Assembly: GCF_001457595.1 (NCBI RefSeq)
Contig: NZ_LN831039.1
Span: forward strand, 5,850,001 to 5,882,000
Direction of reading: 5' to 3'
Origin: Mycolicibacterium smegmatis
Lineage (GTDB): Bacteria; Actinomycetota; Actinomycetes; Mycobacteriales; Mycobacteriaceae
Length of the DNA stretch: 32,000 nucleotides
Below are positions 1 to 8,373 of the stretch, in pieces. The notes beneath the pieces were generated by a model. The model searched no databases and was not told where the DNA came from. It saw only the letters and a program-made list of their open reading frames with translations. A program made the translations under genes and the position numbers. How positions within the stretch are numbered: the stretch's first letter is position 1; every line of letters starts with the position of its first letter.

Positions 1-245
1 GGACGAAGGTGGGCGGCGAGGGCGTGATGCTCTCGCACTTCCCGTACGCGGGCACACCGGACCGGTTCTCCCGCAAGAGCTTCGACCAGTACCAGCTTCC
101 CGACCTCGGCATGTGGCTGATCCACGGCCACACGCACTCGGGCGAGCGGCGGTCGGGGAAGCGGTCGATCTGCGTCTCGCTGGAAGCGTGGGATCTCCGG
201 CCGGCATCGGCCGAGGAGATCACCGCGGAGATGCAGCTGCGCTAG
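1..245 (+). CDS. calcineurin-like metallophosphoesterase, C-terminal fragment (5' end outside window)
   Basis: The frame is open from the window edge, in frame with ORF 9..245, and ends at TAG 243-245. It contains LIHGHTHSGE, a GHTH-type metal-binding block typical of this family. Confidence 0.5.
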   Translation, partial: TKVGGEGVMLSHFPYAGTPDRFSRKSFDQYQLPDLGMWLIHGHTHSGERRSGKRSICVSLEAWDLRPASAEEITAEMQLR

Positions 246-745
246 GACTCACTGTTGTCTGTCGGCACCAGCTGGGCGAGGTACTCGTCGAACGACGCGG
301 CGACGAACGACTCGACGTCGGGCTCGCGCTCCTCGGTGTCGATCACGACGACGGCCGGGTTGGTTCGGAGCCCCGTCGGGTCCGTCGTTGACCGCCGATA
401 GTCGAGACACAGATCCCAGTGCCCGTCTCCGTCGAAGGGGACGAGCCACTCCGCGTCGGACGGCCTGGGTTCGAAGTCCTCGTCGTCGTGCCACCACGCG
501 TCCTTCTCGAGGCGCGGGAACCTCGTTCCGATGCCGCGGATGATGTCGTGGGTCGTGTTGTAGTCCCGGTCCTCGGGGAAGCCGACCTGGAGATAGCCAC
601 CGTTCTGGCGACGGAGCAGGGCGACGAGGGATTCGGGCAGGCGCACACCCAGTCGTTGTTCGGTCGCGTCGAGCAGCTCATCGGTCAACGGCGGCTGCAC
701 ATAGTTCTCGTAGGGCGGCACTTTCCAAACGTGTGCTGGGTCCAC
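242..745 (-). CDS. SMI1/KNR4 (SUKH-1) family protein, immunity-protein-like
   Basis: 167-aa ORF. The N-terminal pattern LTDELLDATEQRLGVRLPESLVALLRRQNGGYL matches the SMI1_KNR4 signature (LP..l..ll...NGG). Its stop overlaps the convergent upstream gene within CTAG 242-245. Confidence 0.65.
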   Translation of the reverse strand: MDPAHVWKVPPYENYVQPPLTDELLDATEQRLGVRLPESLVALLRRQNGGYLQVGFPEDRDYNTTHDIIRGIGTRFPRLEKDAWWHDDEDFEPRPSDAEWLVPFDGDGHWDLCLDYRRSTTDPTGLRTNPAVVVIDTEEREPDVESFVAASFDEYLAQLVPTDNSES

Positions 746-883
746 TGCGTCAGGCTAAGGGTAGGTGGGGGCCTCCGCCGAGCTGGCAAACACATGCGTA
801 GGCGGTAGCGGCGACCGCATCTACTGCACGTGAATGCTCGGCGTGTCGCGCAGAGCACACGTCGGACGCTGGAATCGCCTGGG

Positions 884-2098
884 ATGCTTCAGCGCATGGC
901 ACGGATACCCGACTACGTGAAGGTCATCGATCTGGACAGCGGCCGCCGCTACGAAGTGCGACCCGAGGTCACCGGCGCTGACGGCAAACGGAGGCAGAAG
1001 CGCAAGCGGTTCAAGACGTTGAAGGAGGCTGTCGACCACTACACGGCCATCGCCGGTGACCGCGGCCGCGGCGTGCACGTTGCGCCGTCGGAGCTCACTG
1101 TCGAGGATGCCGTGGACAGCTGGTTGCTCGGGCAGCGGATCAGACCCAAGACCATGAGCGCGTACATCACGAGCCTTCGACCGATCGTCGACCACCTCGG
1201 GAAGCGCACCGTCCAGTCCATCACCAAGGACGACCTGGAACAGGTAGTGCAGGCGCTGCGCGCGGGCACGTCGAAGATGGGCACCTGGAACGCCCCCACC
1301 AAGTTGACGAAAGCCGCGAAGAAGGTCCGCTCCCCCTGGGCGCCCAGCAGCATCAACCCGATGCTGGCCCGCACCCGGAGCATCTTCGAGGATCTTGTGA
1401 ACCAAGGCGTCGTGGTTCGGAATGTCGCCGCCCTGGTGAAGCCCCTCGCGACCGACACCGAGAAGACGATGAACACGTTGAACGCGGAGCAGGTCACCCA
1501 GTTGCTCGCCGTGACCGACTCGCATTGCTACGGAATCGCCTGGCGGCTGGCGGTTCTCGGCCTGCGCCGCGGCGAGATCCTCGCGTTGACGTGGGACGCG
1601 GTCGACTTCGACGCCGGCACCCTCGCCATCTCCGCCGCGCGGCTCGCCACAGCGGGCGGCGCCACGACCGGAGCCCCGAAGACGAAGACCAGCGTGCGCA
1701 CCCTCCCGATGCCCGACGACTTGACCGCTGCGCTCCGCCGCGTCCGGAAGCGTCAGAAGGAACAGAAGCTCGCGCTGGGATCGAAGTGGACCGACAGCGG
1801 CTACGTCATCGTGGACGAGTTCGGAGTCGCGCCGTATCCCGACACGTTGACCGCTGCGTGGCGCAAGGCACTCGCCAACGCCGGTCTCCCCCACGTTCGG
1901 CTGCATGATGCGCGACACAGCTGCGCGACCTTGATGCACCTCTCGGGTGTGCCGACCGTGGTGATCGCGGCGTGGCTCGGCCATCAAGATCCCGGCTTCA
2001 CGCTCCGGACCTACGCGCACTCGAACCACGACGCACTCGCCGATGCCGCAGCCATGCTCGGCTCGATCACGACCGGGAAGAAGAAGGAAGCGAAGTGA
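884..2098 (+). CDS. int: tyrosine recombinase / phage-type site-specific integrase
   Basis: Catalytic motifs are visible: GLRRGEILALTW (Arg), LHDARHSCATLM (H-x-x-R), WLGHQDPGFTLRTYAHS (His and Tyr). The start is uncertain: GTG 830, ATG 884 or ATG 896. The gene ends 132 nt from the 3' end of tRNA-Phe. Confidence 0.85.
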   Translation: MLQRMARIPDYVKVIDLDSGRRYEVRPEVTGADGKRRQKRKRFKTLKEAVDHYTAIAGDRGRGVHVAPSELTVEDAVDSWLLGQRIRPKTMSAYITSLRPIVDHLGKRTVQSITKDDLEQVVQALRAGTSKMGTWNAPTKLTKAAKKVRSPWAPSSINPMLARTRSIFEDLVNQGVVVRNVAALVKPLATDTEKTMNTLNAEQVTQLLAVTDSHCYGIAWRLAVLGLRRGEILALTWDAVDFDAGTLAISAARLATAGGATTGAPKTKTSVRTLPMPDDLTAALRRVRKRQKEQKLALGSKWTDSGYVIVDEFGVAPYPDTLTAAWRKALANAGLPHVRLHDARHSCATLMHLSGVPTVVIAAWLGHQDPGFTLRTYAHSNHDALADAAAMLGSITTGKKKEAK

Positions 2099-2163
2099 CA
2101 CAAGCCGTGTCACTTTCGGGAGCCGCCCGAAGAATAAGCGATCCGATGTGTCACATGTGTCAG
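2095..2163. repeat. GTGTCAC motif cluster (candidate arm-type recombinase/Xis binding sites)
   Basis: GTGACAC 2095-2101 and GTGTCAC 2107-2113 form a 7-bp inverted repeat over the integrase stop codon. Further direct copies are GTGTCAC 2148-2154 and GTGTCAG 2157-2163. Confidence 0.35.
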
Positions 2164-2195
2164 ATTCAGGCTTCCGAGCAACGTGCTCCAGATAC

Positions 2196-2222
2196 AGAAA
2201 AACCACCTGTCACCAGGTGGTT
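2196..2222 (-). terminator. intrinsic terminator downstream of the tRNA Glu-Asp-Phe cluster
   Basis: On the minus strand the stem AACCACCTG (loop GTGA) CAGGTGGTT is a perfect 9 bp and is followed by TTTTTCTG. It starts 8 nt after the tRNA-Phe discriminator base. Confidence 0.6.
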
Positions 2223-2229
2223 CTCTCAG

Positions 2230-2303
2230 TGGCCAGGGCCGGGATCGAACCGGCGACCTTCCGCTTTTCAGGCGGACGCTCGTACCAACTGAGCTACCTG
2301 GCC
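2230..2303 (-). tRNA. pheU: tRNA-Phe (GAA)
   Basis: The reverse complement reads GGCCAGGTAGCTCAGTTGGTACGAGCGTCCGCCTGAAAAGCGGAAGGTCGCCGGTTCGATCCCGGCCCTGGCCA. It folds as a cloverleaf with anticodon loop CT-GAA-AA. CCA is not encoded. Confidence 0.95.
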
Positions 2304-2344
2304 GGAAGGCACCGGCTCGGTCTGAACCGTATACCTCGCCGTGC

Positions 2345-2421
2345 TGGCGACCCTGACGGGACTTGAACCCGCGACCTCCGCCGTGACAGGGCGGCGCGCT
2401 AACCAACTGCGCCACAGGGCC
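2345..2421 (-). tRNA. aspT: tRNA-Asp (GTC)
   Basis: The reverse complement reads GGCCCTGTGGCGCAGTTGGTTAGCGCGCCGCCCTGTCACGGCGGAGGTCGCGGGTTCAAGTCCCGTCAGGGTCGCCA. The anticodon loop is CT-GTC-AC and CCA is encoded. Confidence 0.95.
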
Positions 2422-2457
2422 TTGCTTTTCCTGCGTGCTCCGCGTTTCCGCGTTGCG

Positions 2458-2530
2458 TACCCCCAACGGGATTCGAACCCGTGCTACCGCCGTGAAAGGG
2501 CGGCGTCCTAGGCCACTAGACGATGGGGGC
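2458..2530 (-). tRNA. gluT: tRNA-Glu (TTC)
   Basis: The reverse complement reads GCCCCCATCGTCTAGTGGCCTAGGACGCCGCCCTTTCACGGCGGTAGCACGGGTTCGAATCCCGTTGGGGGTA. The anticodon loop is CT-TTC-AC. Confidence 0.95.
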
Positions 2531-2667
2531 CTAATCCGAATCTCTCCGGGGCGCGTTCGCAACGTTTCCGTTGGGAGCTTGGATAGCTTAGGGTACGAAG
2601 GCCCAAATCCTCAAATTGGCTGGTCAGACCGCCTAAACGGGGTTACGGCGCGCCGAGTCGACGGTGC

Positions 2668-2699
2668 CCGCAGACACCGCCGCAGACACCAAGTATCCT
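2668..2699 (+). promoter_or_regulatory. candidate tRNA-Lys promoter region with an 11-mer direct repeat
   Basis: CCGCAGACACC occurs twice (2668-2678 and 2680-2690). It is followed by a TANNNT hexamer, TATCCT, at 2694-2699, about 9 nt before the mature tRNA-Lys 5' end. Confidence 0.3.
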
Positions 2700-2708
2700 T
2701 CTTTCCGC

Positions 2709-2781
2709 GCCCCTATAGCTCAGTTGGTAGAGCTACGGACTTTTAATCCGCAGGTCCCAGGTTCGAGCCCTGGTGGGGGCA
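2709..2781 (+). tRNA. lysT: tRNA-Lys (TTT)
   Basis: The sequence reads GCCCCTATAGCTCAGTTGGTAGAGCTACGGACTTTTAATCCGCAGGTCCCAGGTTCGAGCCCTGGTGGGGGCA. The anticodon loop is CT-TTT-AA. Confidence 0.95.
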
Positions 2782-2812
2782 CTCATCACAGCGTTTCCGT
2801 CGTGCGCAAACG

Positions 2813-3964
2813 CTACTCATCGCCGCGTTCGGCGTCGGCCCCAGAGTTGTCCGACGGGCTGTCGCCGGGCGGGTCGGACTTGGCACCGGCGTGAGCCGCG
2901 GACTCGGGCGTTGACGCCTGGGTGCGCACGTCAGGGCGCTCATCGTCTCGGGAATCCCGGAGTTCAGCCTCGACCACTCGGGCATGTCTGCCTTTGGCAG
3001 GCCCACCGACAGCGATGCGGCCGGGGCTGGCGACGCGCAGGTGCCGTTTGCGCTCGGGCTCGGGCTCGGGCTCGACCGATGCTGCCACCGGCTCAGGTGC
3101 CGGCTCATGCGTGAGTGCAGGCGTGCGCGGCGGATCGTTACGCACATAGCCGGCGTCGACGACGGGCTTGAGCGCTGCCTCGAGGTGCTTGACGATCTTC
3201 TCCGGCACCCCGAGGTCACGCGCCGGCTGCAGCAGCGGCAGCCGTTCGGTGCGCACCAGGTACGACGTGGTGACTCCACCGAGTGTGTTCGTGGTGACCG
3301 TCACGTCACGGTCGGGCACCGCGTCGAGATCCACGGAGGCGTATCCCGGTTGCGCGTGCACATACACGATGCCCACCAACGCATTTGCGACAGCGACGAG
3401 GTTGTGGACGCGGTCGGGGAAATCGGCGAAGCCGTCGTACTCGCGTGTGATGTAGATCGTGTTCCACGGCGTCTCAGGCGTTTTGACCACGGTCACGCCG
3501 AACCCGGGCAGCCGGAAGCCCTCGGGAAAGTGCCGCAGCAGCCCGCCCTGCGGGTTGGACGGGTCTCCTACACCGATGAACACCAGCTCACCGGACGCAG
3601 GCCGGTCGGACTCGGGCAGCGCCATCAGCCGCCGCTTCACCTCCGCGAGCACCAGACCGCCCTGTGAGATCCCGACGGTCGTCTTGCCTTCCGGTGTGGA
3701 CACGATCGCAGCGTGCAAGCTGCCTGCGCCGTGGGCCACCGACCAGTCCATGAACACCGGCGACGAGGGGTAGACGATGTTCACCTCCGGGGCGCCGTGC
3801 GTGTACGGCAGGCGCCACGACCCCTGATCGCCCACCAGCGCCGAGCCGGTCCCACCGACCGTCAGAACGGTGTCCGCGACGACGGCCGGCGCGACGGCAA
3901 TCGCCCCGGCGGCGATCACCGACCCGACCGCGATCAGCTTTCCAACCGCCGGCCCAACAGTCAT
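2813..3964 (-). CDS. PE-PPE C-terminal-domain (serine hydrolase-like) protein with N-terminal signal/TM segment and disordered charged tail
   Basis: 383-aa ORF. The N-terminus is hydrophobic (GKLIAVGSVIAAGAIAVAPAVVA). A nucleophile-elbow-like GISQGG is present. REYDGFADFP and the overall layout resemble mycobacterial PE-PPE (PF08237-type) domains. Family assignment is from memory of the fold signature. Confidence 0.7.
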   Translation of the reverse strand: MTVGPAVGKLIAVGSVIAAGAIAVAPAVVADTVLTVGGTGSALVGDQGSWRLPYTHGAPEVNIVYPSSPVFMDWSVAHGAGSLHAAIVSTPEGKTTVGISQGGLVLAEVKRRLMALPESDRPASGELVFIGVGDPSNPQGGLLRHFPEGFRLPGFGVTVVKTPETPWNTIYITREYDGFADFPDRVHNLVAVANALVGIVYVHAQPGYASVDLDAVPDRDVTVTTNTLGGVTTSYLVRTERLPLLQPARDLGVPEKIVKHLEAALKPVVDAGYVRNDPPRTPALTHEPAPEPVAASVEPEPEPERKRHLRVASPGRIAVGGPAKGRHARVVEAELRDSRDDERPDVRTQASTPESAAHAGAKSDPPGDSPSDNSGADAERGDE

Positions 3965-4270
3965 CGCCGCAGCCCCTCTCGTTTACGAAGACGCACAGCA
4001 ACACATCCGCAACGACGAGACGTCACCGTGATGCCTGCTGAGACTAGAGTCGATCTGTCGCTAACGCACCCAACCACGGTTGTTTGTGCAGGCCACAGCT
4101 TGATAGTGGATCATTTTCCATTTGCGGGTATCGCCACTTCACGTCGCGTCTCGATGGATGGGATCCCGGAGTCACGGCCGTCAGCAAGGCCAGAGCACAC
4201 AACCGCAATGCGGCGTGCAATACCGCGTGAGCCGGTCGGCGTTTCCTTAAGATCACGACGAGGAGACGCC

Positions 4271-5662
4271 ATGGACCGAATCGCTGGGCTGGATCTGCAT
4301 CTGGACCGCCCGGCCGGCAGGACCCGCGAGGCCCTCATGGACGCCGTACGCGACGCGATCCGCTCGGGCCGGCTGGTCTCGGGCACCCGGTTACCGTCGA
4401 GCCGTGCACTGGCCGCCGATCTCGGCGTCGCCCGCAACACCGTCGCGCGCGCCTATGCCGAGCTGATCGCGGAGGGCTGGCTGACCTCCCAGCACGGTTC
4501 GCACACCACGGTCTCGCAGCGCGCGGCCGAGGCGGTCCGGTCGGTCACCCCGCCTGCGCGTCCGCGGCCGCCCCGGCGCCTGGACCACGACCTACGGCCC
4601 GGCCATCCGGACCTGTCCTCGTTCCCGCGCACCGAGTGGAGTCGCGCGGTCAAACGCGCACTCGCCAACGCGCCGTCCGAGGCGTTCGGCTACGCCGAGC
4701 CGCAGGGCCGCCCCGAACTGCGGCGCGCACTTGCCGAGTACCTCGCCCGGGCGCGCGGAGTCCGGGCCCGCCCGTGCAACATCGTGGTGTGCTGCGGGGC
4801 CGCCGAAGGCCTCAACCTGGTCGCAGGCGCACTGGCGGAAATGGGCGTCGCGGCAACGGCAGTCGAGGCGTACGGCCTGCCCACGCAACGGGCCGCCCTG
4901 GCCCGCGCCGGCCTGCGCTGTCCCCCACTGGCAGTGGACGCCGACGGCGCCGACATCAATGCGCTGAACACGATGCCCGAAGTCGGCGCGGTGCTGCTGA
5001 CCCCCAGCCACCAGTTCCCGCTCGGCGTACCGCTGCACTCCGATCGCCGCGCCGCGGTCATCGACTGGGCGCGGCGCACCGGCGGGATGATCATCGAGGA
5101 CGACTACGACGGCGAGTTCCGCTACGACCGCAGCCCCGTCGGCGCGCTCCACGGCGTCGACCCCGCGCACGTGATCTATCTGGGCACGGCGAGCAAGTCT
5201 CTGGCACCCGGCCTGCGGCTGGGCTGGCTGGTCCTGCCGGACCGTCTGGTGGACGCGGTGCTGCGCCAGAAAGGTGAGACCGAGGAGACCTCCGGTTTCG
5301 TCGACCAACTGACGATGGCCGAGTTCATCGAATCCGGTTCGTACGACCGGCATATCCGCACCATGCGCGCGCAGTACCGGCGCCGCCGTGAACAACTCGT
5401 CGCCGCGGTCACCGCGGCATCACCGGCCACCACGGTGGCCGGGCTGCCGGCCGGCCTGCACGTGATGCTCGAGATCGCGGGAGCCAACGCCAGCGCGTTG
5501 GCCCATCAGCTCGCGTGGCGACGGCTCGGCGTCGAGAGCCTCGACCGCTACCGCCATCCCGAATTCGACAATGAGCGAAGCGGTTTGGTGTTCAGTTACG
5601 CCGCGCCGTCGCCGAGCGCTTGGTCGGCGGCCCTCGACGCGGTGGTGCGCCTGCTGCCCTGA
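4271..5662 (+). CDS. MocR/PdxR-type regulator (GntR wHTH fused to a fold-type I aminotransferase-like domain)
   Basis: ATG 4271 is preceded by AGGAGA 4261-4266. The N-terminal wHTH is LPSSRALAADLGVARNTVARAYAELIAEGWL. The C-terminal aminotransferase-like domain carries the PLP-lysine context GTASKSLAPGLRLGW. The track ORF 3713..5662 includes an implausible 5' extension. Confidence 0.85.
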   Translation: MDRIAGLDLHLDRPAGRTREALMDAVRDAIRSGRLVSGTRLPSSRALAADLGVARNTVARAYAELIAEGWLTSQHGSHTTVSQRAAEAVRSVTPPARPRPPRRLDHDLRPGHPDLSSFPRTEWSRAVKRALANAPSEAFGYAEPQGRPELRRALAEYLARARGVRARPCNIVVCCGAAEGLNLVAGALAEMGVAATAVEAYGLPTQRAALARAGLRCPPLAVDADGADINALNTMPEVGAVLLTPSHQFPLGVPLHSDRRAAVIDWARRTGGMIIEDDYDGEFRYDRSPVGALHGVDPAHVIYLGTASKSLAPGLRLGWLVLPDRLVDAVLRQKGETEETSGFVDQLTMAEFIESGSYDRHIRTMRAQYRRRREQLVAAVTAASPATTVAGLPAGLHVMLEIAGANASALAHQLAWRRLGVESLDRYRHPEFDNERSGLVFSYAAPSPSAWSAALDAVVRLLP

Positions 5663-5675
5663 GCGCCGTCGCAAC

Positions 5676-5706
5676 TGGACCCCGCACGCGGCGCAGAAGT
5701 GGACCC
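5676..5706 (+). promoter_or_regulatory. TGGACCC direct repeat (candidate MocR operator)
   Basis: TGGACCC occurs at 5676-5682 and 5700-5706, 24 bp apart. Both copies lie in the 77-bp gap between the MocR gene and the cupin operon. Confidence 0.25.
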
Positions 5707-5739
5707 AGATACTCGCTTTTGCGCGCCTAGCGTTGAGGC

Positions 5740-6150
5740 ATGTTGAATTCAGGCAATGTCAAGGTTTCCGATCTGCTGATCACCACTCCCCCACCCATAG
5801 CGCAGGGTGCTCATGCGATGACACAGTTGGTGGAGATCCCTCCGGCCGACGACGGCGTTGACCCGCACCGGCATTCCGGGCCGGTCTTCGGATACGTCCT
5901 CGAAGGCCGGATGCTGTTCGAACTCGAAGGCGAGGCGCCGCGTGAAATCGTTGCGGGCGAGGCATTCTGGGAACCCGGCGGTGATGTGGTCCACTACCAG
6001 ATGAAAAACCTCGAGGCCGAGAGCTGGACCCGCGTGCTCGCGGTGTGCCTCTGTGCGCCAGGTGTCGACATGATCACCATGCTCACCCCGGAGGAGATCG
6101 TCGAGCGAGATGCGTTGCGCCACCCCGACACCCGGCAGTTCGCGCGGTGA
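5740..6150 (+). CDS. cupin domain protein
   Basis: HRHSGPVFGYVLEGRMLFELEGE...GEAFWEPGGDVVHY fits the two-motif cupin pattern. An alternative start is ATG 5818. The stop TGA 6148-6150 overlaps GTG 6147 of the next gene. Confidence 0.65.
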   Translation: MLNSGNVKVSDLLITTPPPIAQGAHAMTQLVEIPPADDGVDPHRHSGPVFGYVLEGRMLFELEGEAPREIVAGEAFWEPGGDVVHYQMKNLEAESWTRVLAVCLCAPGVDMITMLTPEEIVERDALRHPDTRQFAR

Positions 6151-6155
6151 GCACG

Positions 6156-7079
6156 ATGCGAGCGATCATCGCGAAAGACCGCACAGCGGGCATCGACGGC
6201 CTGGCCCTCGCGGAGGTGCCGTATCCACATGCCGCCGAGAACGACGTCATCGTCGCGGTGCATACGGCGGCCTTCACACCGGGCGAACTCGACTGGCCGG
6301 GCACCTGGACCGACCGCGCCGGACGCGACCGGACACCGTCGGTTCCCGGCCACGAGGTGTCCGGTGTGGTCGCCGAACTGGGTTTCGGCACCACGGGTCT
6401 GGCCGTCGGGCAGCGGGTTTTCGGCCTCACCGACTGGTGCCGCAACGGCACGCTGGCCGAATACGTGGCCGTCGAGGCACGCAACCTCGCACCGTTGTCG
6501 GCCACGATCGACCACACCACGGCCGCGGCACTGCCGATCTCCGGGCTCACCGCGTGGCAGGGCCTGTTCACGCACGGTCACCTCACACCGGGTGAGACCG
6601 TCCTGATCCACGGTGCGGCAGGCGGAGTGGGATCGATCGCGGTGCAACTCGCCAGGGAAGCCGGAGCGCACGTCATCGGCAGCGGCCGTACCGCCGACCG
6701 CGAGTACGTGCTGGAAGTGGGCGCGGAAGCGTTCGTCGACCTGGAACACGACCGGCTCGAGGATGTCGGCGAGGTCGACCTGGTGCTCGACGTGATCGGC
6801 GGCCAGATCCTCTACCGCTCAGCGGCTCTCGTGCGCCCTACGGGCTCCGTCGTGAGCATCGTCGAACCCCCACGCATACCGGCCGACAACGGACGAGCAG
6901 TGTTCTTCGTCGTCGAACCAGACCGGGCGGGCCTGGTCGAACTCGAACAAAGGCTGCGCGACGGGCGGTTGCGCCCACGCGTCGGAACGGTCTACCCGCT
7001 CGCCGACGCGAAGGAGGCGTTCGCGCCGGCGCAGCGTCCGCGCGGCAAGTCGGTCATCCGGGTGATCGAGGAGTCCTGA
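6156..7079 (+). CDS. zinc-type alcohol dehydrogenase / NADPH:quinone oxidoreductase family protein
   Basis: The MDR-family layout is present: PGHEVSGVV and the Rossmann motif HGAAGGVGSIAVQLA. The start is ATG 6156, or GTG 6147 overlapping the cupin stop (GTGA). Confidence 0.8.
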   Translation: MRAIIAKDRTAGIDGLALAEVPYPHAAENDVIVAVHTAAFTPGELDWPGTWTDRAGRDRTPSVPGHEVSGVVAELGFGTTGLAVGQRVFGLTDWCRNGTLAEYVAVEARNLAPLSATIDHTTAAALPISGLTAWQGLFTHGHLTPGETVLIHGAAGGVGSIAVQLAREAGAHVIGSGRTADREYVLEVGAEAFVDLEHDRLEDVGEVDLVLDVIGGQILYRSAALVRPTGSVVSIVEPPRIPADNGRAVFFVVEPDRAGLVELEQRLRDGRLRPRVGTVYPLADAKEAFAPAQRPRGKSVIRVIEES

Positions 7080-7080
7080 C

Positions 7081-7755
7081 ATGATGCGGCCGTCCCTGCT
7101 CGTCGTCCACGGAGCCTGGCACCGACCCGAGCACTTCGATGCCCTGGTGGCACAACTTTCCGAGTTCGACGTGCACACGGTCGCGTTGACGAGCAGCGGT
7201 GTCGATCCGGCCAAGCTCGGGGACATGTACACCGACTCCGCCGTCATCGCCGCCGCGGCCGCGGCGATCGACGGACCTGTCGTGGTCCTCGCGCACTCCT
7301 ACGGCGGCATACCCACCACACAGGGACTGCGGTACGCGACCAACGTGCGCCGCATCCTCTATCTCGCATCGTTCCAGCTGCAGCCCGGGCAGTCCCTGCT
7401 GTCGCCCAACGACGGTGCGCTGATGCCGTGGGTCACACGTCAGGACAACCATGTTCGGGCCGACACCCCGCTGCACACCTTCTACAACGATGTCGACGAC
7501 CTCACCGCCCGGCGCGCCATGGCGCGGCTCGGTTACCAGTCCTACGCCTCGATGAACCAGCAACTCACCGTCGCCGCATGGCACGTCATCCCGAGCACCT
7601 ACATCGTCTGCGAAGCCGACAACGCGATCCCGCCCGCGCGACAGGAAGTGTTCGCGCGCAACGCCGGTACCGTCGTCCGGATGCCCACATCACACTCGCC
7701 GTTCCTGTCCCGGCCCGCCGAACTGGCGGCTCTGGTCGCCGGGTACCTCACCTGA
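7081..7755 (+). CDS. alpha/beta hydrolase fold protein
   Basis: The N-terminus LLVVHGAWHRPEHF, the nucleophile region VVLAHSYGG and the C-terminal THSPFLSRP are present. The start lies 1 nt after the preceding stop codon. Confidence 0.7.
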   Translation: MMRPSLLVVHGAWHRPEHFDALVAQLSEFDVHTVALTSSGVDPAKLGDMYTDSAVIAAAAAAIDGPVVVLAHSYGGIPTTQGLRYATNVRRILYLASFQLQPGQSLLSPNDGALMPWVTRQDNHVRADTPLHTFYNDVDDLTARRAMARLGYQSYASMNQQLTVAAWHVIPSTYIVCEADNAIPPARQEVFARNAGTVVRMPTSHSPFLSRPAELAALVAGYLT

Positions 7756-7766
7756 AGGACAAGCAC

Positions 7767-8366
7767 ATGAGCACAACCCTGCGTCCGATGTTCCCGCAGT
7801 CACCCACGGCGACAGCCGCGTTCAGCGTGGCCTCCCGCTTCTACTCCCCCGCCCTGCTCAACCACTGTCTGCGGTCGTACCTGTGGGGTTCGGCATACGC
7901 CGTGCGGCACGACATCTCGTTCGACAACGAGTTGTTCTACGTCGCGGCGCTGCTGCACGACATCAGCCTGACCGAACCGTTCGACAGTCACCGCATGGCA
8001 TTCGAGGAGGCCGGCGGGCAGCTGGCGTGGGTGTTCGGGGTGGCGGCCGGGTGGACGGACGCCCGGGCCGCGCGGGTCGCCGAGACCATCGTGTTGCACA
8101 TGCGCGACGATGTCGCGGCGACCGACGACACGGAAGCGCATCTGCTGCAGGTCGCGACGAGCTGGGATGTGGCAGGCCGGCATGCCGAGGAGTTCTCGGA
8201 CGCGACGCGCGCGGAGATCCTCACCCGGTACCCGCGGCTGGGGTTCGGAGACGAGTTCCTCGCATGCTTCGCAGATCAGGCCGCGCGCAAGCCCCAGTCC
8301 GCGGCGGCGCACTCGTTGCGCACCAACGGCGCGGGCCGCATCAAGGGCAATCCGCTCGACGCGTGA
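7767..8366 (+). CDS. HD-domain superfamily protein
   Basis: ATG 7767 has GAAGGA 7 nt upstream. An H...HD signature is present (NHCLRSYLWG ... AALLHDISL). The track ORF 7428..8366 overlaps the hydrolase gene and is over-extended. Confidence 0.6.
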   Translation: MSTTLRPMFPQSPTATAAFSVASRFYSPALLNHCLRSYLWGSAYAVRHDISFDNELFYVAALLHDISLTEPFDSHRMAFEEAGGQLAWVFGVAAGWTDARAARVAETIVLHMRDDVAATDDTEAHLLQVATSWDVAGRHAEEFSDATRAEILTRYPRLGFGDEFLACFADQAARKPQSAAAHSLRTNGAGRIKGNPLDA

Positions 8367-8373
8367 ACAACCC

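Larger units (their letters stand above)
1..2229. mobile_element. integrase-associated islet abutting the 3' end of tRNA-Phe (possible prophage or genomic-island remnant; left boundary outside window)
   Basis: The integrase lies directly next to a tRNA 3' end. Repeated GTGTCAC motifs sit between the integrase and the tRNA. The neighbouring cargo-like genes are a SUKH protein and a phosphoesterase. No second att copy is visible in the window. Confidence 0.35.

Noticed and set aside
821-2206. 461-aa minus-strand ORF opposite the integrase
   Set aside because: The integrase frame carries all catalytic motifs. The antisense product is Arg/Gly-rich with no motifs.
3713-4270. 186-codon N-terminal extension of the MocR ORF
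   Set aside because: The extension is Arg/Pro-rich and overlaps the start of the PE-PPE gene on the other strand. ATG 4271 has a good AGGAGA SD and begins exactly at the GntR wHTH domain.
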